Assembly (NCBI RefSeq): GCF_009834535.1
Contig: NC_045696.1
Location: 36,334,001-36,398,000 of the forward strand
DNA: 64,000 nt
Direction of reading: 5' to 3'
Source: Camelus ferus
Taxonomy: Eukaryota
Shown here: piece after piece, positions 1 to 9,690 of the stretch
Layout: each line of letters begins with the position of its first letter
How positions within the stretch are numbered: position 1 is the stretch's first letter
Translations under genes and position numbers: made by a program
The notes under the pieces: model-generated
Seen by the model: only the letters and a program-made list of their open reading frames with translations
What the model was told of the DNA's origin: nothing
Databases searched by the model: none

Positions 1-390
1 GTGGGAGCTGGGAGATCAAGGCAAGGTGCAGGGAGAGAGAGAGCTGCAGGACCTGGGCCACATGCCTTTATTAGGGTCTGTGGGTGGAGTGCTTTGGGAT
101 TCCCAGGCTAGGGCCAGATTGGTCAGTTCAAACCCCAAACAGCAGAGTTTTGGTAAGCTCTTCTGGGGTCTTTTCTAAGGGAAGGCGAGGGAGACAGTTG
201 ATCTGGAGGGCCACCAGGGAGTTATATCAGGGACTAAACATTTACTTGTGATTCTGCAGGCTGTTTTCTAGGGCATGTTTTTGCATGAGGTGCTGGTATC
301 TATTTAAAGCCTCCACTGGCCTGGTGGCCAGATGAAATAGATGCTGAGGCAACTACACCATGCAGTAGTTTAGCTGAACTCTGGCACATG
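1..390 (-). mobile_element. ERVL-type LTR remnant (MER74/MER88-like), cut off by the window start
   Basis: Minus-strand gaccctAATAAAggca LTR polyA motif (+ strand tgcctttattagggtc) in a GC-richer block. Confidence 0.45.
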
Positions 391-1086
391 CAGAACTGGA
401 AATAGGCCCCTAAATACATTTTTAATATATTTATTTCAGTGATCCTGTACCTGTGCTTCTAGAATAATTTTAAGGTAGTAGGTCAGAAAATAATTACTTA
501 TTGAAAGTTTCCATATGCTATTAAATTTGATAATTAAGGGATACGAACTTATTATGAAGTACAAATTAAGACTTTTTTGGTATCAAATATGTCCTAAATC
601 ACTGAGCTATATTGAAGCATCATTGTAAAAGATTCCTACTTACCAGAATACTAACATAATTAATTTTTCTCCCCACATTCCTAGAAGTAATAGCCTTTGG
701 ATAAGAATGCAGGTTGTACAAATACTGATTTTTATCAGGGCTTTGGCAACAGGTTCCATAAATTTTGAGTGTTTGTTTTATTCTAGTATGAACATGTAAT
801 TGGAAACAGTAACAATAATATATACATTAGATACAGCTTTTATTAAATCTAGTGGAGATTAATTTATAACCTAGAGTTAGGAATTTGCCCTACTGATTGT
901 GTTTTGAATTTATTCAAGTTTTCTTTGATTCTGACTTTTTCCCCCTTATTCTCTCCGCTCATTGCTTCACCTGTAAAATCGAAGTGTTTTACTCATTAAA
1001 TGTGTTGGCTGGAAATTAATGAATTGTGTCAAAAATCTTGATTTAATGTAACAGTTTTGCATTTTTGGTCTCCCTTCTTTACATAG

Positions 1087-1163
1087 ATTTCTATGGGAAG
1101 CCACTGCCTCCCCTGGTTGTGCGACAGAGACCTAACAGTGATGCTCACGACATCATCTCGTAA
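1087..1163 (+). CDS. ARL13B: ARL13B last coding exon (ciliary ARF-like GTPase 13B, C-terminus); upstream exons lie outside the window
   Basis: Pyrimidine tract plus acceptor (tctcccttctttacatag|AT) followed by (D)[27 protein letters not shown], matching the mammalian ARL13B C-terminus (human [25 protein letters not shown] as recalled). Synteny directly upstream of NSUN3 agrees. Confidence 0.95.
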
Positions 1164-1341
1164 CCAGGTCATACGGTCGCACTCTCTTAATGTTGGCCGC
1201 CTGAACTGGAGGACCTTCTTTCCCCAAGGAGAAAAACCCTGAACATTGATGACTGGGGCAGGACACCCTTAGCAGTTTCAGTGAGCCAAAGACCTGACTG
1301 ATCTGATAATTACTTTTCCATGTTCTTCATACTTTTGTTTG

Positions 1342-1374
<33 letters not shown>

Positions 1375-3230
1375 GGGGAAGCAAAATGAGCAGCAAATGG
1401 GGCGAGCAAGAGTTGGTAATGACTCTGGTTTATACATCCCACTCATGGGCATATTCCTGAAGGGAAACCTCTTCAGAAAAAGAGCCAGTGGGCTCTATAC
1501 CCTTTCTTTACTCTTTATTTAATTGTCTTTATTTCTCCATCTTTAACATTTGTAAGACATGTACATGGAAAGGGAACTCTTGGGAATTTATAAGCTAAAT
1601 TTTTAACTTTTTATATTTTTCTAAAACTTTTAAGGATTTTAATTACTATGACATTGTGCACTTTTCTATAGATGCTATGTTTAAATTGTGTTTGGAAAAT
1701 GGAGTTGATTTACTTGACAAACACGAAACTATACAAACAGGATATATTTATATGGTTTGAGGTATGTTTTTGAAGTATACATCTTAATTTGACCTAATTT
1801 TAAAATATCTTTTAAAAATATTCTCATATTTTTATTCTATCAAATTGTTATTTGACAGCACTAATTAATTAGTTTAATTTTTGCTGTTATTTGTTTTCTT
1901 TGGTAATGCTCCCAATAAATGAAAGAGACTTGCAAAATACCTTTTGACTTAAATGCTTTTTAAGTTAATAAAAATGTTTTATGAAATATCATTAAAAGCC
2001 CCAATAAAACACCTCTTTCAAAGGTTAGACCTTTTCAGAGATCAAGGTGCTACTTGTCACTCCCTTGTTCTGTCAGAAGCTGCAGTGACTCTTTTAGGTT
2101 ATTCTAATTCTTTTGTGCCTTGAAATTCAAGGCAAAAAGACCAGAAAAGCTACTGTAGCCCAGAAATTTGTATTTTTTAACTGGGAAATGCTTAGATATT
2201 AAAGAAATAACAATAAAAATGTTGGTTTAAATTACATCAATAAAGAAATAATTTCAAAATAATTTCTCAATTTAAAGTAATAGTACTTCTGTTGCACTGA
2301 AGAATGGCATCTGTAGTATTCTGTCTTCTGGCATTTAGACAAGCTTTTAGATACATATTTTGAGTAACAGATTCATAATGGTCCATTTAATTAGAAGCAA
2401 ACCTTTACTCAAGGTGAAAATAACATAAACAGTATGAATTCTAATTACCCTGTTAAAATTAGTCAGTTTGGCATCTTGTACTGACAACAGACATATACTG
2501 GTATCTGAAAATAACATGATTAAGTATGCTTAAGGCAGTTTAATATGATTATTTACTTATAAAGGTTTTTTTTTAGAATATTGCATTTTATTCACATTTT
2601 CTAACTCATTGAACTTTCATTAATCAGATTATTTATTACTCTAAGTCAGCATCATATGCAATTTTTGGAATTTTGTACATGAGACTTACCTTCCACACTG
2701 GATAAAAGCATTCTATTTCAGATACAGAATTCCGAACAACCTGAATTTGTAAGGAAAAGCAACCCAAGAAGACAGTATGTAAATTCTGAGGTGGATTTTA
2801 GAGAACAAACCTGTATATCTTCTTGGTTCCTTTTTTGTAAAATTTATATTTATTCATTTTTTAAAAACTAAACTCATGCTTTTGCCATTTTTTAATATTC
2901 ATCTAGTATGAGATAAATATGTTTTAAGTTTTTGTTTCCTACCAGTGATTACTATAATGTATAATAATGTACTGAGTCCATTTAACAAAAATAAATAAAA
3001 ATCATTTTGAAGATCTTGAATTTAAATATATGATAAAATGGAATAAATGTTTTATATATCTCTCAAAACATAATTTGTATTCTTAAAGCATTCTAAAAAT
3101 ATTTTTAAAGTTTTGTAAATCCAGGTGGCTTTTAACAAGTATAAATGCCTATTTTGTTATATGCTGCATTTTTATTCTTAATTATTATGAATTATGACAG
3201 TTTCACACAATAAAAATAATTTATATCAGT
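1164..3230 (+). other. ARL13B: ARL13B 3'UTR (end approximate; several candidate polyA signals)
   Basis: AT-rich, largely repeat-free sequence after the stop; AATAAA at 1914, 1967, 2003, 3042 and 3209 among others. Confidence 0.6.
1333..1371 (+). repeat. (TTTG/TTTTG)n microsatellite in the ARL13B 3'UTR
   Basis: ttttgtttgtttgttttgttttgttttgttttgttttt seen directly. Confidence 0.9.
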
Positions 3231-3250
3231 ATGCTGTTTTGCTTTTCATT
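3209..3250 (+). terminator. Probable distal ARL13B polyadenylation site
   Basis: AATAAA 3209-3214, CA near 3227, downstream GT/T-rich element (gtatgctgttttgcttttcattt). Confidence 0.45.
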
Positions 3251-3532
3251 TGATAAACTTAAATGGTTTCTTTTTGGTAATAAGTGCCAAGTGAAGGAGC
3301 AGAATTCATCTAATTTGTGAATTTACCTGTGAATAGCCCAGAGACATTCAACTATGGAATATGCCATTGTATTTGCAGCTGATCTGTTAACCACATGTCC
3401 TTTTACTGACAATATTTTATTTCATTTGATACTTGGTTCTGTATGCTATGCTATTCACATTACTCATTTTCTTCCATTCCACACTAAAGAAATACTGTAT
3501 GCTTCCAGATGGCAAAAGCTTATCAAAGCTTA

Positions 3533-3649
3533 GGGGCAGGGCATGTTTAGTGGTAGAGTGCATGCTTAGCAAGCACAAGATCCTGGGTTCAATTCCCAGT
3601 ACTGCCATTTAAATAAATAAATAAAACCTAATCTCCACCTCACCCAAAA
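3533..3649 (+). mobile_element. Camelid vic-1-type tRNA-derived SINE
   Basis: gggg...gtttagtggtagagtgcatgcttagc...gatcctgggttcaattcccagtactgcc (Pol III A/B boxes) plus (aaat)n and aacctaat tail. Confidence 0.85.
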
Positions 3650-4130
3650 GTGAAACTGCTTATACAAATAAAGCTGGAGCTTATAAATTTTGTTATCCTT
3701 GCCTTTGCTACCTAAGTTTTTCGCTAACTGGAATACACTTTGCAGTTGAGATTCTGCTAATACTAACCTTCTAATTTATCAAGAAATACATTCCAGCTGA
3801 TAATAAATTCATATACTTCAAAACTTACATTTAAGTATGGTAAAAACTATCAAAACAGCAATAATCCATTGTCTTTGTGGAGGCATAATAAGAGAAGTCT
3901 GGTTTTTTGAGAAAAGAGTTCTCAGATATGAATTTTCTTTAATGAAAGTGATCAGCTAAATTAAAGGGAAAATATGAAGAAAATAATTTGCTAATTTTGA
4001 GCATGAGTTGTAAGTTCCTTTTTTGTGCTGATGAGGAAACAGTATGACCTAGGTAAATGAATCAGTGGTCTCCAAATTTGATACATCCTTTTCAGTACAT
4101 ATTTTTAGTATACATTAAATATAAAGTTAC

Positions 4131-4723
4131 TGTATTAGTTTGCTAGTGCTGCTGTAACGAAGTACCACAAACTGGGTGGTTTAAACAACAGAAATTTATT
4201 TTCTCAGTTCTGAAGCCTGAAAGTCCAAGATCAAGGTGTTGGCAGGCCTTGTGGGAAACCTCTCTCCTTGGCTTACAAGTGGCCTCCTTCTCCCTGTGTG
4301 CTCACATGGTCTTTGCTCTGTGTGCATTTGTTGCTAGCTAATGTCTCAGGGTATCCAAATTTCCTTTTAATAAAGACACCAGTTAGATTGGATTAGGACC
4401 ACCCTAAACGACTCCTTTTAATCACCTCTGGAAAGGCCCTGTTTCCAAATACAGCCAAGCTCTGAGGTATGGGGGAGGGAGGTGGTGGTGGCGGAGGGGT
4501 GGGGAGGGTGGGAGGGTGGAGTTAGGTCAACATAGGAATTTTGAAGGGAAAGGGAGAAGTTTCACTTTTGTTTGTTTGTTTTGGGTTTTTTTGGTTTGTT
4601 TTGGGGGGGAGGTAATTAGGTTTATTTAATTTTTTAAGAGGACTTTTTTGAACCCCAGATCTCCTGCATGCTGAGCATGTGCTCTAGCACTTGAGCTATA
4701 TTCTACCCTCTCAGCTCTTAGCA
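4131..4723 (-). mobile_element. MLT1 (ERVL-MaLR) LTR, interrupted near its end by a SINE
   Basis: tgtattagtttgctag...acaaactgggtggtttaaacaacagaaatttattttctcagttctg...ggattagg...; the terminal tcagctcttagca resumes after the SINE. Confidence 0.8.
4565..4710 (-). mobile_element. Camelid vic-1-type SINE (reverse orientation)
   Basis: T-rich tail, gggggaggtaattaggtttattta, ...gaaccccagatctcctgcatgctgagcatgtgctctagcacttgagctata. Confidence 0.85.
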
Positions 4724-5439
4724 GTTATATACATATTCTATCATACTTTGTACATATACCTCCCTAAATTTTTTCAAAGATTAGAAAAAATAAAATAAAA
4801 ATACAAGTTGTTATATTTACTTCTGAGTCCCAGTCTGCCAGAGTTTGTACATACCACTTTGAAGGCCTATAATTTAAAAAATGAGAGCCTCAGCTAACTA
4901 TCTACTCACCTAAAGCCTATAACTACGCTTTGTTCTCTTGCTTTGATGATAAGTTTCTCTGTTGTGTTTTTCTGCCATCCAGTTTAAGGAGCTAACACTC
5001 TTGATGTCAGATTATTTTACTACAAACCCTGTCTTTATCTTTTGACACATATATCTCTATATGAACATGAAGGGCTTTGAGAGCTGTTTTATATAATTAT
5101 GAAAATTCACTAAAAAGTTTGTTCTGTAACACTTCTTGTATCAAATGATTTCACAATAAAATTGAGCATGTAAAAATTAATTTCCAGCTTAGCAGTAAGT
5201 CCTTATTAAGCTGCCTCATTCTTTAACACTATAATGATAACAATAATAATAACAATCTTAAAACCATAGTACAATTTCTGGTATTTTGTGTCAGCTTAAT
5301 TTCTTATGTCTACAGTGGGTTTAAAACAAGTTGGCCTCTAACAGTTTCTACTCGTAAAAGCTCAATGTGAAAAGAAACTTTGTTTATTCTTCGGTAGCAA
5401 TTTGGTGTCAGGGAGTGGAAATCCATTAACATTCTCATG

Positions 5440-6130
5440 ATATACTAATATTGATTCTAGATGGGTTAATGGGTTAAATGTGAAAGGTCAACCTGTAAAG
5501 AAAAAAGAAAGGAACAGAAGTAACTCCCTTCTGTGGGAAGAAATTTGCAAGCAATGAAGTAAATTACAAATTCAAACAGTTGACTGCATAAAAATTCACA
5601 TTTTTTCCACATTCAGAATCTAATGGTGATAAGAAAAATTGACAAAGTACTTGAAAATGTGATATGGTAACATCTGTAATATAAATTAAAATAACACTAA
5701 GATAGCTATAGATAAGTGAGTATGAGCAAGTAATTTACAAAAGAAATATGATACTAGTAAGATTTGAAAACTTACCCAGAATAAGGACATAATTAAAAAA
5801 TTGTATTATCAGACTTACAAAGATTTATGAGCAAAAATGTTTATCAAATAATAATAATATAGCTAGTATAATCTCCATACCTTCAAATACTATGCAACTT
5901 GTAGAAATTATGTACTGTAGGAAGAATTTTTAATATAAGAAAATGCCTATAAAAGCAGAAGAGCATACATTATACATAGTTTGATCAACCTTGAAAATGC
6001 ATAGAGAAATATACCAAAATATTAATAGTGATTATCTCTAGCTGTGTTATACATGATTTTCATTCTTATAGGCTTTAAATTTTGGTTTCTTCAATGAGCA
6101 TTAGTTTATTTAAAAACCAGAAAATAGAAA
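5440..6130 (+). mobile_element. Old L1 (L1ME-like) 3' fragments
   Basis: A-rich degenerate L1 3' motifs (aaatataccaaaatattaatagtgattatctct...). Confidence 0.55.
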
Positions 6131-6864
6131 TATGCTAAAGAAATTACAAAAGAATAAAATAGAACTAATACGACCTCTTTCCAAGCATAACATATCCTCT
6201 TTCCCTAATAGAAAAATAGTACATACGATTTCTACTACCACCTTAAAAGTTTTTTATATGTCTACACTGAAAATAGATTACTCTTTTAATTCATTAAATG
6301 AAACAATTTGTAATGAGTACAGAAAAAATAAATTATGAAATTTCTTACAGGCTGAAATGTAAACTAACGACTTTTCCTTAAACACACAACGAACTAATGC
6401 ATTTAATCATCTCACATCTTAATAATATATTTTCTTTTGCACAAAATTTAAATTCATTTAAAAATTATTGGGCAACTTGTTTAAATAAATAAAATATATT
6501 AGGCTTCAAATCACATTAGGAGTAATGAAGTTTATCTTTTTACATGATCCTAAGATTTGCACCTATGATATACACTTATACTGATATTTTAAGCATCAAG
6601 GGTGTCAAAATGATGATGTTCATTAAATATTGGGAACTACGTTAAGCACTGACTTTCTGATAAATTGCTGATTGATGTTAACAAGGTAGCAAATAAAAAA
6701 TACCACTAAAAAAGCAAATAAATTGCTATTCCTATCAGAATGGGTGTTAACACTCAACTCTCCTGAGAACTAGTAACCCTTCCGTTAGTAAATGTGGGTG
6801 AGGAGGGTCAGGTCATTTTGGTCGTCAGGCATTTGGTATCAAAACTTGATAATCACGAAGATCA

Positions 6865-6960
6865 AGATAATAAAGTAGCTAACATTTGGGCATTTACTGT
6901 TTCCTAGTCTGTGCAAAGCGCTTTACCTGTGTACTTCAGTCAGTTGAACCCTCCTCCTTA
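6865..6960 (-). mobile_element. MIR fragment
   Basis: ataataaagtagctaacattt...gtgcaaagcgctttac, the reverse complement of the MIR 3' end. Confidence 0.55.
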
Positions 6961-7376
6961 AAGAGAGAGATTGTTCCAATTGGCCATCTCTAGGCAATGC
7001 TTGAATATTTTTCGTCATATCCATTATTTTATCTTGAGTTCTGAATATTTGGGCTAATGGGGGTCTTCGGATTTGGTAGATTAGCTCCGTAACTAGCTTC
7101 ACCTCTGAGAACATCTTAAAACGACGATCGTACTACAAGCCTAATAGGGACAAACATCCCCAGTCGTTCTGAGCCCCAAGGACACAGCAGAAAAGATTGT
7201 GAAAGGCGTGTCTATCTAAGCACCGGCCGCCCAAAGTTCCGCCTACAGGGTCTCGACCACGCCCCCGGGAGTAGGTGGTCACCGCCTTTTTCAGCCACCC
7301 GCCAGAGTAACCTTGCGCTTGACTCTCGAGAGACCTAGGTCTTTTGGCGAGATTTCGATAAGTCCCGCAAATCAGT

Positions 7377-7388
7377 ATCTCGCGAGAT
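7377..7388. promoter_or_regulatory. Palindromic CGCG element ATCTCGCGAGAT (BANP/ZBTB33-type motif)
   Basis: Exact TCTCGCGAGA at 7378-7387, extended to a perfect 12-bp palindrome, about 130 bp upstream of the NSUN3 ATG. Confidence 0.8.
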
Positions 7389-7519
7389 GTTGAGTCGGAA
7401 ACGTGAGGGATAGGAGAGAAGTCCGGCGAAATTCGTAAGGCGGGCTGTTGTTTTTGTTCCCTGCAGGCTTTAGATGCCCAGCGGTATTGGTTTCTTGTTT
7501 GACCTCTCCTGACTGGAAG

Positions 7520-7531
7520 ATGTTGACCCGG
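7520..7531 (+). CDS. NSUN3: NSUN3 coding exon 1 (MLTR)
   Basis: aagATG TTG ACC CGG|gtgagg inside the CpG island; matches the NSUN3 N-terminus (human MLTQ); phase 0 joins exon 2. Confidence 0.9.
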
Positions 7532-7945
7532 GTGAGGGTTGGGACCCAGCCGGGTGCCTCTGACTGAACTGCACACTTCTTTACTGACCGGCATGGCGGG
7601 GGAGAGGGCTGGGACGGGGGCACTTCTTGATCTCTGGGTTTCTCTAGCTTCAGTCCAGAGCTCTGGAATAATGCTGTTTTTTTGACGCTTGCTAGTTGCA
7701 TACTCTGTCCGTTTTTCCCGAGACTCACCTTCTCCTCAGATAACCTGTCTGCAGTCCAGGCTGCGGGCTTTAATATATCCATTACTTTCAGCTTTGAGCA
7801 GAATGCAAGCTCCTGCAGGACTGTCACTGCCCTATCCTGGAAACTTAGAACGATTTCTGTTACATAGAAGGCCCTCGATAAACTTTTCCGGGATTAGTAC
7901 ATGAGATAGAATTGTAAGGAAGTTTCCGCAGGAGACCAGAGTGAC

Positions 7946-8053
7946 TTTTTCTAAATAAACTTTATTTTGGAATAATTTTATATTTACAAAAAAGTTGCAA
8001 AGATAATGCAGTTATCATATGCTTTTCACCCACTTCTCCCTGATGTTAACATC
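7946..8053 (-). mobile_element. L1 3'-end fragment (L1MB/MC-like) in NSUN3 intron 1
   Basis: aactttattttggaataattttatatttacaaaaaagttgcaaagata...tgttaacatc. Confidence 0.65.
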
Positions 8054-8352
8054 CAGAGTGGCTTATTTAAATTTTGTTCCTTTGACGTATAGTCCTCTGT
8101 TAACACCAGGATTCTGCTTCAACCTTTGCTTTACATTTGAGCAATAGTCATTTGGAGAAACCTTTTTTCATAAGTAGATAAGAGTATTGTAATACAGTTT
8201 TGTTATGTGTGAGGTACAGCTCCTGTGTCAAGAACTAGTAATTATCCAAAAAAAAAAAAGTGTTTTTATCTTAAGAAAAGAAGACTTTGCTAATGTTGAA
8301 GTTCAATAAATTTATAAATCAGTGTGTCAGCAACTTTTTCTTATCATCATAG

Positions 8353-8462
8353 CTGAAAGCAAAATCAGAGAGGAAGCTTGCAAAACAGATTTGCAAAGTT
8401 GTATTGGATCATTTTGAAAATCAGTATTCCAAAGAACTTGGAGATGCCTGGAATACAGTAAG
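8353..8462 (+). CDS. NSUN3: NSUN3 coding exon 2 (LKAKSERKLAKQICKVVLDHFENQYSKELGDAWNTV-R)
   Basis: catag|CTG ... GTA AG|gttagt; 110 nt; translation matches NSUN3. Confidence 0.96.
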
Positions 8463-9462
8463 GTTAGTATAATTCATCTCGATGCTTTATGATAGAACAA
8501 GAAATAAACCCTTCTTGAGGAGGGGTGCTGTGAAGATAAAAAATAAAGGACTCTAAACCTGGCTGCCATTTCCTGCTGAGGCTTCAGAAGGGGTGAATGA
8601 GGAGGAAATAGACTGAATCATAGGGAGATGAAAGAGGAGAAAGAAAACTTTGTAGTGATCGCACAAATTGTTCTGCCCTTGCCTTGTGCAATTGCTTTGA
8701 TCTTTGAAATAGGAATGCCCACCACTTTGACAAAATTAATTCTACTGTAACAGAAAAATTTTAAAGGAAACTTTTGAGGATATTTGACTAGTTTCTGAAA
8801 TTCAGAAGACAATGCAACAAGTCTTTAAAGCCAACACTGCTTTATCTTAGCTAATGTCATTTTATTTGGTAATCATGTTTCTTCCCTATGTATATAGCTG
8901 GCTATGTCTTGAACACACGTGTTAACACACACACGTTATTTAAATGTATTATAGAAAACAAATAAATATTTAATGCATGGATGTGAGAGAAGTTTAATTT
9001 GTATGTTTAGTGAGTTTTGCCTCTGGTATGTTACTCTGTTCTTTACACTGAGTGCTTGATACATTATACCCTGTGACATACAAAGAGCAAGACGGTCCCC
9101 ATGTCCAGTTTGCTGACAGTCTGGTGTTCATGGGGGAGGAGGAGCATGATTAAAACTATATAAGCTGCTAATTCCATGAGTATCCTAATAGAAATAGTCA
9201 GGAGTACCTAGTTTTACCTGAGGGAAGCCAGGTTTCTTGGTGACTTAATAAAGTATAAGGTGGTTCTGAGATAATTTTAAACAAATGAAGCTGTTTTAGA
9301 AACGTAAATACTGTAATGTGAAAATGTAGCTTGAAGTTTTATCTCAAGACTAAATCTTTAAATGTGTGTCTTCTATCACAGAGAAGAAAAAGGAATAAAT
9401 AGTGGAGTGTGTAATTAATTCGTGAGGTTTTCAGTATGCAAAGGTACTCAAATAGAATAGCA

Positions 9463-9690
9463 CAATAACAAAACACTTACTGTGTGCTTATTACGTGCCA
9501 GGCAATACTGACTTCATTTGATCCTCAGAAAAACCTATGAGATTTGTTTCCCATTTTTCACTGAAGAAACTGCGCAGAGTTTTAAGTAACTTGCCCAAGT
9601 TCACTCAGCTAGTTAAGTGGGAGAGCTGGGATTTGTGCCCAGACTCTCTGGTTCATAAACTCCCACTGCTAACCCGTATTCTATATGCCT
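9463..9690 (-). mobile_element. MIR SINE
   Basis: MIR core reversed: cccatttttcactgaagaaactg...aagtaacttgcccaagttcactcagctagt. Confidence 0.8.

Larger units (their letters stand above)
7110..7620. promoter_or_regulatory. CpG-island promoter of NSUN3 (probably bidirectional)
   Basis: The only CpG-dense, GC-rich stretch of the window; it surrounds NSUN3 exon 1 and contains a TCTCGCGAGA element and GC-box/E2F-like words. Confidence 0.85.

Noticed and set aside
3533..3610. tRNA-like sequences (also near 4640-4710, 24452 and 48780-48858)
   Set aside because: They have SINE bodies, A-rich tails and in one case a TSD, with degenerate stems; these are vic-1-type SINEs, not tRNA genes.
7133..7827. 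Long minus-strand ORFs (153 aa and 151 aa) over the promoter
   Set aside because: They overlap the GC-rich CpG island where stop codons are scarce, and resemble neither DHFR nor any protein I recognise. Only the short spliced segment ending at the 7728 donor is kept as a hypothesis.
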